The position numbers and the translations under genes were made by a program. The notes under the pieces are model-generated. The model saw only the letters and a list, made by a program, of their open reading frames with translations, was not told where the DNA came from and did not search any database. From Macrostomum lignano (lineage: Eukaryota), in contig NIVC01001194.1 of NCBI GenBank assembly GCA_002269645.1, positions 248,001-312,000 of the forward strand: a DNA stretch of 64,000 bases, read 5' to 3'. Numbering within the stretch: the stretch's first letter is position 1; every line of letters starts with the position of its first letter. Positions 49,976 to 61,816 of the stretch are shown here, one piece after another.

Positions 49976-50559
49976 GTAATATACAAAACTGAAATAAAAT
50001 GCATAAATATTTGAATTAAACAGCAAAACAAAAAGCGCTACAAGTTTAAATAGCAACTTGGGTTGCCACGCAAAATACAGGCTCAAACGCTTTGCTAATT
50101 CAAACAAACTATGAAGAACAGTAAAATGCAAAGCAGGATAAGCATATATGATTATAATTAGACAATATAGGCTATAACAGGAATTCTAAACTGCTTTTAG
50201 CAAGTATGCAAGTACCGACAAGCGATATACAGTCAGAATTGCCTGTGACTGCAACTTGATGCTCAAGAATGAATCACAGGATATTCTTCGCTCTATCTAA
50301 ACAGTTTTAAACAGAAAATAACAGAGAAAACATTTGATTAATAAATTCCAAAATTAAATAGTACTACTTATACTAGTAGCACAATTTAACATTAGGCGGC
50401 ATTTCTGTTCTTTTAGGAAGCAAAAATCATTGGCAAAATTAGGAATTTACTATTAAGCACGACTCATATACAAAAGGATAGCCGACAAGTTTCGTTTCTT
50501 AGAATAGTTTTGAAGGCCGGTCGTTAGCGCAAAAAATACACTACAGTTACATCGCGCAG

Positions 50560-50990
50560 TTACATCGCGGGAAAATATTCCAAATCTCCACAACCGTCTT
50601 CGGCACCATCAAAGTGCGCATCCTCGTCGAAGTCTTCGCATCCGTCTTCGTCGGTGAGCTCCTCCTCAACCGCGGCACTGTTGGCATCGAGCCAGCGCCG
50701 ATCGCTACTACCAATATCGTAACAATCTGATTCGGCATCATCCAAATCTTCAGCTGCCGCGTCGTCTGATTCAAAATCGAAGGCTGGGCCGGCATCGTCC
50801 AGACAGGTCCCTGCTGAGGAGGGGCACAACTCGTCAAAGACAGCGTTGTCGTCCGATTCAAGAGCAGAGCCGACAGCCAGCAGTGATGGCTGGTGATGCG
50901 GCTGGCTAAGAGTCTGGGGCAGACTGGCCGGCCACAGCAGTTGCAGAGGTCGGTTCAAGTCAGCCAGCTGGATGTCGCCAAAGGGACCGG
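50560..50990 (-). CDS. TAF5L: TAF5/TAF5L-like terminal exon (last WD strands plus acidic tail)
   Basis: Acceptor ctgttttag, phase 1; in frame with ORF 50560-50958; D/E-rich C-terminus. Confidence 0.75.
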
Positions 50991-51057
50991 CTAAAACAGA
51001 GAGAATTAACGATTTAGGCTAAAAGTAAGTGCTTTACATATAGTTCTTGTCATAATC

Positions 51058-52015
51058 ATCGGATAATGGCACACATGGATTATCGGATAATGGCACACAT
51101 GGATTATCAGATAATGGCACACATGGATTATCAGATAATGACACACATGGATTATCAGATGACACATGGATTATCAGATAATGACACATGGATTAACAGA
51201 TATGACACACATGTATTATCAGATAATGACACACATGTATTATCAGATAATGACACATGGATTAACAGATAATGACACATGGATTATCAGATATGACACA
51301 CATGTTATCAGATAATGACACACATGGATTATCAGATAATGACACATGGATTAACAGATAATGACACACATGGATTAACGGATAATGGCACACATGGATT
51401 ATCGGATAATGGCACACATGGATTATCAGATAATGACACACATGGATTATCAGATATGACACACATGTATTATCAGATAATGACACACATGTATTATCAG
51501 ATAATGACACACATGGATTATCAGATAATGACACACATGGATTATCAGATAATGACACATGGATTAACGGATAATGGCACACATGGATTATCGGATAATG
51601 GCACACATGGATTATCGGATAATGGCACACATGGATTATCAGATAATGACACACATGGATTATCAGATAATGACACACATGGATTATCAGATATGACACA
51701 CATGTATTATCAGATAATGTCACACATGTATTATCAAATAATGACACAGAGATTATCAGATGATGACACATGGATTATCAGATAATGACACATGGATTAA
51801 CAGATAATGACACAGAGATGATCAGATAATGACACACATGGATTATCAGATAATGACACATGGATTATCAGATAATGACACATGGATTATCAGATAATGA
51901 CACATGGATTAACAGATAATGACACACATGTATTATCAGATAATGACACATGGATTAACAGATAATGACACACATGGATTATCAGATATGACACATGGAT
52001 TATCAGATAATGGCA
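51058..52015. repeat. Intronic ~24-bp tandem array (GGATTATCAGATAATGACACACAT)
   Basis: Directly visible. Confidence 0.97.
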
Positions 52016-52028
52016 CCCGGATGCTCAC

Positions 52029-52594
52029 CAGCTTTCCCCGAGCAGCTCTGCGCCCCGTTGGCAGTCTGCAGCGGTTCGGTCTGCGGCGCCGGAGAAGCCA
52101 CTGCGGGCCAGAGCAGCAGGCGGCGCTGAAGATCCAAAGACGCCAAGGAGGTGCCGCATGGTGACCAAGCGAGACAGGCCACGGTGTCCCGATGCCAACG
52201 AATGTCCCACAGCGGCTGCACCGTCCCGGCCGCCAGGTCGAACACTCGAACGTGTCGATCCTCCCCGGCCACGGCCAGGAGCCGGCCGTCGCTAGGCGAG
52301 ACGGCAACGCAGTTGACGCAGCCGCGCCAATCCCGGTTGCATAGCAACCGAACGCACCTGCCGCTGTTCAAGTCCCACAGACGGACAGTGGAGTCCAGGC
52401 CGGCTGTGTACATCAGCGAGCCGCTGGGATGAAAGCCGACTAGATCAACGTCGGTCACGTGACCGATGAACTGCCGCAGAGGAGTCTGTCGATCGGTGCA
52501 CCACAGGACCGCTGTGCGATCCTGCCCGCCCGTGGCAAACATAGAGGCGTTGTACGGGTGCGTGTCGCAGCACCACACAGGACTGTCGTGACCT
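52029..52594 (-). CDS. TAF5L: TAF5/TAF5L-like exon 4 (WD40 repeats)
   Basis: YLGHDSPVW...FATGGQDRTAVLW...PLRQFIGHVTDVDLVGFHPSG...DSTVRLWD...AGEDRHVRVFDLA closely follows the TAF5/TAF5L WD40 order; phase 2 in, phase 1 out. Confidence 0.88.
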
Positions 52595-52624
52595 CTGCGG
52601 GTATGGGGGGTTTACGGGTTGAAT

Positions 52625-54320
52625 ATTTTGGCTGGTGAATATTGTAGATTGTTAAGATTCTAGTTGGTGAATATTGCAGATTGTGAAGATTCTAGCTAGT
52701 GATTATTGTAGATTGTTAAAATTCTAGTTGGTGAATATTGTAGATTGTTAAGATTCTAGTTGGTGAATATTGCAGATTGTGAAGATTCTAGCTAGTGATT
52801 ACTGTAGATTGTTAAAATTCTAGTTGGTGAATATTGTAGATTGTTAAGATTCTAGTTGGTGAATATTGCAGATTGTGAAGATTCTAGCTAGTGATTATTG
52901 TAGATTGTTAAAATTCTAGTTGGTGAATATTGTAGATTGTTAAGATTCTAGTTGGTGAATATTGCAGATTGTGAAGATTCTAGCTAGTGATTATTGTAGA
53001 TTGTTAAAATTCTAGTTGGTGAATATTGTAGATTGTTAAGATTCTAGTTGGTGAATATTGTAGATTGTTAAGATTCTAGTTGGTGAATATTGTAGATTGT
53101 GAAGATTCTAGTTGGTGAATATTGTAGATTGTTAAGATTCTAGTTGGTGAATATTGTAGATTGTGAAGATTCTAGTTGGTGAATATTGCAGATTGTTAAG
53201 ATTCTAGTTGGTGAATATTGTAGATTGTGAAGATTCTAGTTGGTGAATATTGTAGATTGTTAAAATTCTAGTTGGTGAATATTCTAGATTGTTAAGATTC
53301 TAGTTGGTGAATATTGTAGATTGTTAAGATTCTAGTTGGTGAATATTGTGTAAGAGCCGAGAATTTAGAGTAAGTTTACGAAGTATATTTTGATGCAAGA
53401 TAATTTACGAGCGATTAAATAGTCAGCGATGATAGATCGATTAAAGTGACTCACCCAACTGGGGTGGTGGGCATGTACAGAGAAGAAAGCGAGATGCAAG
53501 TACATATACTAATAGAGCAGCCCCCACCCCGACGGCCCAAACCAAACGCAACCGTTCAATTGTATATTGTTTAAGATTCTAGTTGGTGAATATTGTAGAT
53601 TGTGAATATTCAAGTTGGTGAAGATACTAGTTAGTGAATATTGTATTTGGTGATGATTTTAGTTTGTGAAGATTCTATTTGGTGAATATTGCAGATTGTG
53701 AATATTCAAGTTGGTGAAGATTGTACTTGGTGATGATTTTAGTTTGTGAAGATTCTAAGCGGTGATTATTGTAGATTTAAGATTCTAGTTGGTGAATATT
53801 GTAGATTGTTAAGATTCTAGTTGGTGAATATTGTATATTGTTAAGATTCTAGTTGGTGAATATTGTATATTGTTAAGATTCTAGTTGGTGAATATTATAT
53901 ATTGTTAAGATTATAGTTCGTGAATATTGTACATGTAGATTGTAAATATTCAAGTTGGTGAAGATACTAGTTAGTGAATATTGTATTTGGTGATGATTTT
54001 AGTTTGTGAAGATTCTATTTGGTGAATATTGCAGATTGTGAATATTCAAGTTGGTGAAGATTGTACTTGGTGATGATTTTAGTTTGTGAAGATTCTAGTT
54101 GGTGAATATTGTAGATTGATAAGACTCTAGTTGGTGAATATTGCAGATTGTGAATATTCAAGTTGGTGAAGGTACTAGTTGGTGAAGATTGCACTTGGTG
54201 ATGATTTTAGTTTGTGAAGACTCTAGTTAGTGAATATTTCAGATGGTGAATATTCAAGTTGGTGAAGATTCCAGTTGGAGAAGATTCCAGTTGGTGAAGA
54301 TTCTAGTTGGTGAAGATTCT
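52625..54320. repeat. Intronic ~32-bp tandem array (TAGTTGGTGAATATTGTAGATTGTTAAGATTC), interrupted by a solo LTR
   Basis: Directly visible; a three-variant higher-order cycle is seen in the 5' part. Confidence 0.96.
53349..53558. mobile_element. 210-bp solo LTR-like insertion with TG...CA ends and 4-bp TSD ATTG
   Basis: ATTG|TGTAAGAGCC...ACCGTTCA|ATTG; removing it restores a normal array unit. Confidence 0.75.
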
Positions 54321-54519
54321 AAATTGCGACATATTTGTTTAAATATGGTTTCCAGAGTATCGTTTCTAAGTTCCAGACTCGTGAACATTAAACAGATCTA
54401 CGTGTATTTAATTAACAAGAATAGGGATGGTCAATGCCCTATATCCCGGGATAAATTCTGTAAACCACAAAGTTCAGACTATATAAAGTCACACCAGCTA
54501 TTGCCCAACAGCAACTCAC

Positions 54520-55525
54520 AGGTAAGACACCAAAGGCCACACAGCATGTTCTGTGACATGCTCCTCTGGATCCACCAGCAACTCTTCATCCGATTTATCA
54601 ATCGAAGCCGACACTTTACTGCACCGTTTAATAAAGCGTCGCTTCCGTCGCTTAAGCCGCAATCTCGAATCGGCGTCCTTGACAACCGGGTCGCCCTCAT
54701 TGAAACCGGGCAGCCTCCACAGCAGCACCTTGGCATCGTCGCCAGCCGACACCAGAAACCTGCCCGGCTGCTCTGCACCCGACGCGAATGCCACCGCGTG
54801 CGGACAGCCGGAGTGGCCGCGCAAACGCCAGCTAGCGAATGTCGACAATGACGACGATGTCGAATCCAGCCGACATTGGTGCACACGGATGGAGCAATCA
54901 TCGTAGCCGGAAGCGACCAGCAGGTGCTGCTGAAGGACAGCCGAGGAGCAGCAGGTCAGACCGGCGCCAGCCACGTGCTGCAGGCTGGCTCTCCAGACGG
55001 TTGGCAGAACCGCTGAGCTTGTCGTTGTCGACGACAACGTAGTTGTCGAATTGTTGGAAGCTGACGCGGATGCTGAGACGGATGATGCAGCTGCTAGCAA
55101 GTTTGCCAAGTCGGGCAAATCGCGGAGCTCAGCGTCGATTCGTCGAGCTTTGGCCGTCGCTGCTGATGCCGCCGCTGCCGCGGCTGCTGTCGATGTCGCA
55201 TTCGACGATATGGCCGCAGACGGCACTGGAGGAGCAGTGGCGGAGCTGTGCTCAAGTTTGACATCAGCAGGCCGAACCAATCGGAAGGCTCGCCAGGCCA
55301 ATTCCAGCGATTCAGCCGCTTCGAATGCCCGACTCAGTTCGGCTTCCTCATCGGGAGTCACCCCGATTGGCGCTACGGCCGAGGCCGGAGGCTGGCACAG
55401 CTGATGAAGCTCCGTGCGGCCGCAGGTTCGAACCCATTCGCGTAGGGCGCCAAGCTGGCGGGCGGCGTGATGCTGAAGAGGCTGGCGGTTTACCGTGGCC
55501 AGGTGAGACTCCAGGAATGCTGTGG
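54520..55525 (-). CDS. TAF5L: TAF5/TAF5L-like exon 3 (end of NTD2, linker, first WD40s)
   Basis: Acceptor cgtacag, phase 1; ...VASGYDDCSIRV...LRGHSG...LVSAGDDAKVLLW; donor CT|gtgagt at 54519, phase 2. Confidence 0.85.
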
Positions 55526-55614
55526 CTGTACGATGCAGCGGTGAGGAATAAAATAGCACTTTGATTGATACTTACAGTAGGAGATTGAGTTTTATTTAAC
55601 TTGTAGCTATTAAT

Positions 55615-56170
55615 CAGATGGAATTTTTATTTAGATGGGATCTTTTAGGTTTAGATGGGATGTTTTAAGTTCAGATGGGATCATTTGAGTTTAGATGGGA
55701 TCCTTTGAGTTCAGATGGGATCATTTGAGTTTAGATGGGATCCTTTGAGTTCAGATGGGATCTTTTGAGTTTAGATGGGATGTTTTGAGTTCAGATGGGA
55801 TGTTTTGGGTTTAGATGGGATCATTTGAGTTTAGATGGGATCCTTTGAGTTCAGATGGGATTCCTTTGAGTTTAGATCGTATCTTTGGAGTTCAGATGGG
55901 ATGTTTTAAGTTCAGATGGGATGTTTTAAGTTCAGATGGGATCCTTTGAGTTCAGATGGGATGTTTTAAGTTCGATGGGATCCTTTGAGTTTAGATCGGA
56001 TCTTTGGAGTTCAGATGGGATGTTTTGAGTTCAGATGGGATCTTATTGAGTTCAAATGTAATTTTTTTAGAGCTCAAATGGGATCTTTTGAGAGTTCAAA
56101 TGTGATCTTTTGAGAGTTCAAATGGGATCTTTTGAGAGTTCAAATGGGATCTTTTGAGTTCAGATGGAAT
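55615..56170. repeat. Intronic 20-bp tandem array (GAGTTCAGATGGGATCCTTT)
   Basis: Directly visible. Confidence 0.95.
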
Positions 56171-56262
56171 TTTCTAGGGGTTTCAGATGAGGCTTTATGC
56201 ACTATCTGATATCTATGGTGCCTATTTAGGTAATTAAAAGTACATCGTTAATAAATAGTCAC

Positions 56263-56375
56263 CTGCAGTCAAATCGCTGTTATGCAACTCGTAATAAGCG
56301 TGCAGAAACAGCGGGTAGGCCACGTCCCACAGCTTGGCGGGATTTGAAAAATGCTGGGTCAGAGCCGAATAAAGT
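56263..56375 (-). CDS. TAF5L: TAF5/TAF5L-like exon 2 (TFIID NTD2 domain), not in ORF track
   Basis: LYSALTQHF...VAYPLFLHAYYEL resembles the TAF5 NTD2 motif YPLFVHMYLEL; gttgcag acceptor (phase 2) and G|gtgact donor (phase 1) reconcile the flanking exons. Confidence 0.82.
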
Positions 56376-56543
56376 CTGCAACAGGCAAGAGGCTCAAACT
56401 ATGATTTCTATGAGTTGAAGCATATTTCACCTGAAAATACATTTCACATCCGTCAAAATCTTTCACAAGCTTGAAAAGTCGGCATGTACTCTCTGTGTCT
56501 TGGGGGTTCCTCGGCGTGCCACACACAAGCCCCAGGCACTCAC

Positions 56544-56914
56544 CGCTGATACTCCATGGCCAGCTCCAGTGGGCTGAGCTGCTCAGCTCGCAGCACCTGT
56601 TGCACAGTGCCAGCAGACCGATAGGAAGCGGCAAGCGCAGCCGCTGCCAAAGCCGCAGCCGAGTGACTGACGGGGACTCCGCCTGCCGCAGCCTGCTGCT
56701 GCTGCTGCTGACTGACATCTCCAGAAGTTGCGCCACTGGCATTCGGCTGCCGATTTCTGCCAGAAGAGCCCGACAATCGGTTGCGCGATTTCGCCGCCTT
56801 GTTGGCGACCGGGGCGCCGGCGCTGGCGCCAGCGAAAGCGCCTTCGTGAGACACCCTGTTGCCGCTTGTCCAATCAAGCAGTGCAGCAACTGGCCAAGAG
56901 GCGGCTGATGAAGA
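56544..56914 (-). CDS. TAF5L: TAF5/TAF5L-like exon 1 (A/Q-rich N-terminus; start uncertain)
   Basis: Open frame ends at CG|gtgagt (phase 2); the only in-frame ATG is at 56557; in-frame acceptor ctccttcag precedes 56914. TAF5 versus TAF5L is not resolved. Confidence 0.6.
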
Positions 56915-57999
56915 CTGAAGGAGTCTGGGAATAGTATAACTAGTGATTAGGTCACAATGCCAAATGATGATGCAGCTCTAATTAAATGAGTAAATAAGTA
57001 GAAGAAATAAAACACTTCTCAAATAAGAACTAATTGCACAGTTAGAGCTAAGCTTATATTAAGATATATTTTAATTAAACACTGCCAACAATATAAGGTA
57101 TACGCCGTGTACTAAAAGCAATAAAATTAATTAACACACGTATTTTTATTGATAATTTATTACAAAGGAACGCGACAGCAGAAAAGTACACAATATAAGA
57201 TTAGGCATATACAGTTTTTACAAACTAATTAATTGTACACTGCTAGTACAGTAGTAACGATAGAAAAAACGCATTTTGATACACTTACTATACTACTTAT
57301 ATTACGCAATAAGATTTGCACGAATACGGGACACGATTTGAGACAGGGGAGTTATCATGGTCCCTAGGAACATGACGGCTCTGCACCAGACCAAAGGTGT
57401 TTATTAAAAGAGATTCTTTAGAACCACGCAAAATCGTCATCTGATTACAATGAGGAACTCAATGCAAACAACTTTTTTTAGAAATTAAATACGTAACCAG
57501 ATGGTAAACAAAGCAAACGTTTTACCAGGTAAAAAATTTACAGGCATACATAACTTATTAAAGTTGAAACGACACCAACTCCAGTGCAACAGCAAAGCAA
57601 CCAGAACAAAACAAGAATCCAGTAAAAGAGAAAGGGTCTACAAGAAATAAAAAATGTACACAATGTACTTTAAAAATCGTAAAGCGTATGTACTACTCGT
57701 AAGCATACTCAAGCGTATTAAAAATGTCAATTCAATTTGCTGAAAATCGTTATCGTAAAGTATTTAGGAGCTAATAAAAATTTAATAAAACGATTCATAA
57801 TGACAGAAAAGACACCAAAAGCTGCATTGCAGATTTTTTAATTTGAACAAATTTGAACTGCAAAGTTAGAAGTAATAAAATCTATTGTATGCGAGGTTTA
57901 CTATTACTCATTAACCAGTGCACCTGATATGCCTGTACTGCAGTTTTTTGTGATTAGCAATCCATTACAGCATTGGGATTTAGGGAAGCGATTATCGGA

Positions 58000-58380
58000 A
58001 TAGATTAGGGGAACGGATTAGAGATCTTGATTAGGGGAACGGATTAGAGACCTGGATTAGGGATTGGATTCGAGATCTGGATTAGGGGATTTGATTAGAG
58101 ATCAGGATTAGGAAATTAGATTAGATAACTAGATTAGGGATTGGATTTGAGATCAAGATTAGGAGATAAGATAAGAGATCTGGATTAGGGGAATGGATTA
58201 GAGATCTAGATTAGGGGATTGGATTAGAGATCTAGACTAGGGGATTGGATTAGAGATCTAGACTAGGGGATTGGATTAGAGATCTAGATTAGATTAGATT
58301 AGAGATATAGACTAGGGGATTTGATTAGAGATCTAGATTAGGGGAACAGATTAGAGATCTAGCTTAGGGATAGGGTTAGA
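58000..58380. repeat. ~25-26-bp tandem array (GAGATCTAGATTAGGGGATTGGATTA) downstream of the ZnF stop
   Basis: Directly visible. Confidence 0.9.
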
Positions 58381-58572
58381 AGGAATCAACACAACCTAAA
58401 ATGTAGATCAACTAAAGCATTACAGGAAAGATTAGTAATGAAGTGTAGAACAGCATTAATATTCAGTGGCAAACGGCGAATAATTGGTTTATGTTTTGGT
58501 ACATAATCCTCTCAACCAAATACAAATACAAGACGCTAAATAATTATTCGATCAATCAATTTGATTGATAAG

Positions 58573-59163
58573 TTAATCGTAATATTCTTCAATAGGCTCT
58601 GATTTGGTTGGGGCAACAGCGAGGGCGCCAGAGCCGGATGAAGAGGCGGCAGAGGTGCCCACAGACACCTGCGGATGCAGCACAATCTGGAGCGTGAGCT
58701 TCGGCATCTGGCTTTGCTCTTGCTGCTGCTGGGCTGCCGGCTTAGGCAAAAGCTTCGGCGGCTGTCGGGATCGCTGCTGAGAGGTGGCCGCCTCCTCCTC
58801 AGCGGCAGCGGCGGGGCGTTTCAGAGCCGGCTCTTGGGCGGCAGACCGGACACTCGAGATCGACAGCTTGGAGTTGCGACGCTTGTTGCTGCCGCTGTTG
58901 GCCGCAGATGCTGGGCCAGTTCCGCTAGCAGCGACGGCGGCAGCTGCAGCAGCGCGCACGTGTGTCAGCTGATGCGAAGTCAGACGGCAAGGCCTGGTGA
59001 AGGTTTTGCCGCAGGTTGGGCACTGGTGCGGACTGTCGCGGGAATTGTGCGTGAACATGTGCGTCTTGAGAGTGCTGGACTGGGTGAAGGTGCGGCCGCA
59101 CTCCCGACAGGTGTAAGGCCGTTCGCCAAGGTGTATCAGCATGTGCTGCTTCAGGTAACTGGC
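58573..59163 (-). CDS. C2H2 zinc-finger protein, exon 2
   Basis: ASYLKQHMLIHLGERPYTCRECGRTFTQSSTLKTHMFTH...CPTCGKTFTRPCRLTSHQLTH; ttctcag acceptor, phase 0. Confidence 0.92.
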   Translation of the reverse strand, partial: ASYLKQHMLIHLGERPYTCRECGRTFTQSSTLKTHMFTHNSRDSPHQCPTCGKTFTRPCRLTSHQLTHVRAAAAAAVAASGTGPASAANSGSNKRRNSKLSISSVRSAAQEPALKRPAAAAEEEAATSQQRSRQPPKLLPKPAAQQQQEQSQMPKLTLQIVLHPQVSVGTSAASSSGSGALAVAPTKSEPIEEYYD

Positions 59164-59647
59164 CTGAGAATGGATGAACAATGATGGGATAAGAGTTTGA
59201 CAGCTCTGTATTAGAATGAAAACGGTGAAAACGGTACCTAGGGTCAAGAAGCGTCCTAGAGACTCTTTTTCGTCTATCATGACACAAAAGCCTTAATTTT
59301 GTAGGGTGCCCGACACTAACCCAAAACACTTACCGTAATCTAACAAAAACCCGAACTTGGTCAACTTAATTTGTGGTGGCTTCTTAACTTGAAATTTCCT
59401 GGCCTTTTGAATGATTTTCAATGCACATTCTCAAATTAACATTTTAATCCATACTTTTCAGCAGTGAAAGGGAGCTAAAATTCAAAACTTGTGCTGTTTG
59501 CTGTGAGAATTTAAACTTGGCAGATAAGAAGCTACTGCCACCTACAGCCCCAGACGTTTCTCTTGCGACTTTTACAGATGCTTATATTACAGGTGAATTT
59601 TACCGAATTACGGTCGAATTATAATTCCAAAAATCGCAACAACAGAC

Positions 59648-60238
59648 CTGGGAGAACATCTTCCTACAGACGCCGCACTCCAAGTTTCTCTGATCCGAAT
59701 GGCCAAGCATGTGTCGCAGCAGTGAGGCCCGAGACCCAAATGGTTTTGAGCAAACCAGACACAGCTGCCGACTATTGCCGCTGGCTAACGCAGCCTCCAC
59801 CTCTCGCTCTTCATCATAATCGTCATCGTCATCATCATAGTCGTCGTCTTCTTCGACTTCAGCCTCCGCTCGACGGGCGGCAGCTGCGGCCACGGCGGCA
59901 ACCGCTTGGCACTCGCTGCCGAGCACGTGCTGCTCAAGTTTGTTGGGATCACTGAATGATGAACCGCAGGCTTCGCAGCGATACAAAAGCTGCTGCTGCT
60001 GCTGCTGCTGCGCAAGATTATTGCCTCCATCGCACAGCATCTCAACAGAGCAGTCCAACAGTTCAGACTTGAACGCAGTTGAAGCTCCAGCAGTGAGACC
60101 GCGCCCAGGCTTAGCTGACAGAGCACTGGCTTCCTCTAGAGACTTTTTCTCCTGTTTGATCCTGGCCGACAGCTCTGCGCCCAGCTTTTGCTCACTGGTG
60201 CGATTCTGTTTGCTGATTAAACTGAGCGATTCAGCCAT
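59648..60238 (-). CDS. C2H2 zinc-finger protein, exon 1
   Basis: ATG 60238; one C2HC-like finger (CEAC...HVLGSEC), CLVC...HMLGH and CGVC...; donor CAG|gt at 59647, phase 0; total ~393 aa with 4 C2H2 fingers plus 1 atypical finger. Confidence 0.9.
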
Positions 60239-60458
60239 GCCAAATAGAAGTTAGAAAAACACCTATTTGAGTTTTTGCTTCTCCAACCTAATTTAGTAAT
60301 TTAGTAAGTAAAACCACTAGGCTGCGGTTTTTTGCTGGCATGCAAGGTTTTGAAATGAGATAAGTTAAGCATTCAGAGCAAATGGTTAAATGGTAAACTG
60401 GAATCAGCCTAGCTAAGTACTAAATAATGTAAAATCACAAATGGTAAAATTAATAATA

Positions 60459-60733
60459 TGAGGGCTGTCCATAAAGTAGTGTTACTTATCACTATATCTC
60501 TTGTTCTGCTGATCCAAATAACATCATTTTGCACACATTTATAGTGGCAACTCTCTTCTTTATGTTAACTTTCACATCATTAAAAACAGACATTGGAAAT
60601 AAAAGTTATAAACTAAATGTGTAGCAGGACCTCATAAAGGACCTCATAATAACATCATAACAAAATGATGTTATTTGGATCAGCAGAACAAGAGATATAG
60701 TGAAAAGTAACACTACTTTTTGGACAGCCCTTG
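60459..60733. mobile_element. 275-bp mariner-type MITE with ~75-bp TIRs and TA TSD
   Basis: TA|TGAGGGCTGTCCATAAAGTAGTGTTAC... and ...GTAACACTACTTTTTGGACAGCCCTTG|TA are inverted copies. Confidence 0.88.
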
Positions 60734-61816
60734 TATCATTGTCTAGCAAAATATCACTGAAACATGGGGAAATAATTACAAGTGTATAGAAACCTATACA
60801 AGTAAAATGCTTGGCCAACCCAAGCTGATCCACCTATATGAAAAGGTTGCTCATTAGGTAAAATTTCAAAACTTTGCAAAAGGTGATACTGTTAGTTTGG
60901 AGTTCAAAATTGGATCTATTTTTCTTCAAAACATTAAATTTAACTGAACTATTAAACATAATTTAAACAAAGATTTAGAAGTTTAGAGATTTAGAGGTTT
61001 GGAGATTTTAGTATATGGATTTGTCTATAGAAATATGCTGTTGTATTTTTAAAACTAAAAAAATTATATTTTATATAAAAATTCTATTGCAATATAGATA
61101 AATATGTATTAAAGTTAATTTTACAGTCTACACTAAAAAATTTTCAATGGCATTACTATTATAGAATATACCAGAATACTTAATCAAACTTTTTGCATAA
61201 AAACCAAAAAATATACTCACAACATGCTACTGTTATGATGAAGCAATTTGTGAATAGGGTTTAAATGCATTTTTATAGACATTTCCAAATGTTAGTTTAA
61301 ATTTTCTATAATAAGACATATTACATCATAGTTACCAATAAGGACAAAAACTTCCTTGTTCTAAAATGCTAGCCTGCCAAGTTTAATTAGGCACCCACCA
61401 TCTTAGATTTCTTCTATGGCTTCAATATCTAATATATATATTAGATATATATTAGGTACTTGTATAACCACAAAAGGTATAGAATACAACATTATCATGG
61501 TGGCAGCCACAATTATCCAAAGAGTAATGAGTTGAAGAAATACAAGTATGAGAGTATAGGAAGTTGGAAGTAATTATTTGGAAGTAAATAGGCTACCAAT
61601 TATATACTGATTGTTTGTCTGTCTATCTATCTATCTTTTATTTTTTGAGAATCATTTAGCTAATTTATTTTTCAAATTTGCTTTAAAAATTGCATTTTTT
61701 GCAATCATACAAAAATTTGTTGATGAAAACTTTGAATTAAAATTGGTAAAATATAAAAAAACTATGTTTTTAGTGCTTTAAATAGGTGCTCAATTTTATT
61801 TTTCAATTTAACCATT

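Noticed and set aside
18538-56262. Consistent sense-strand base bias among intronic arrays
   Set aside because: Some arrays are G/T-rich and others C/A-rich on the transcribed strand; no rule
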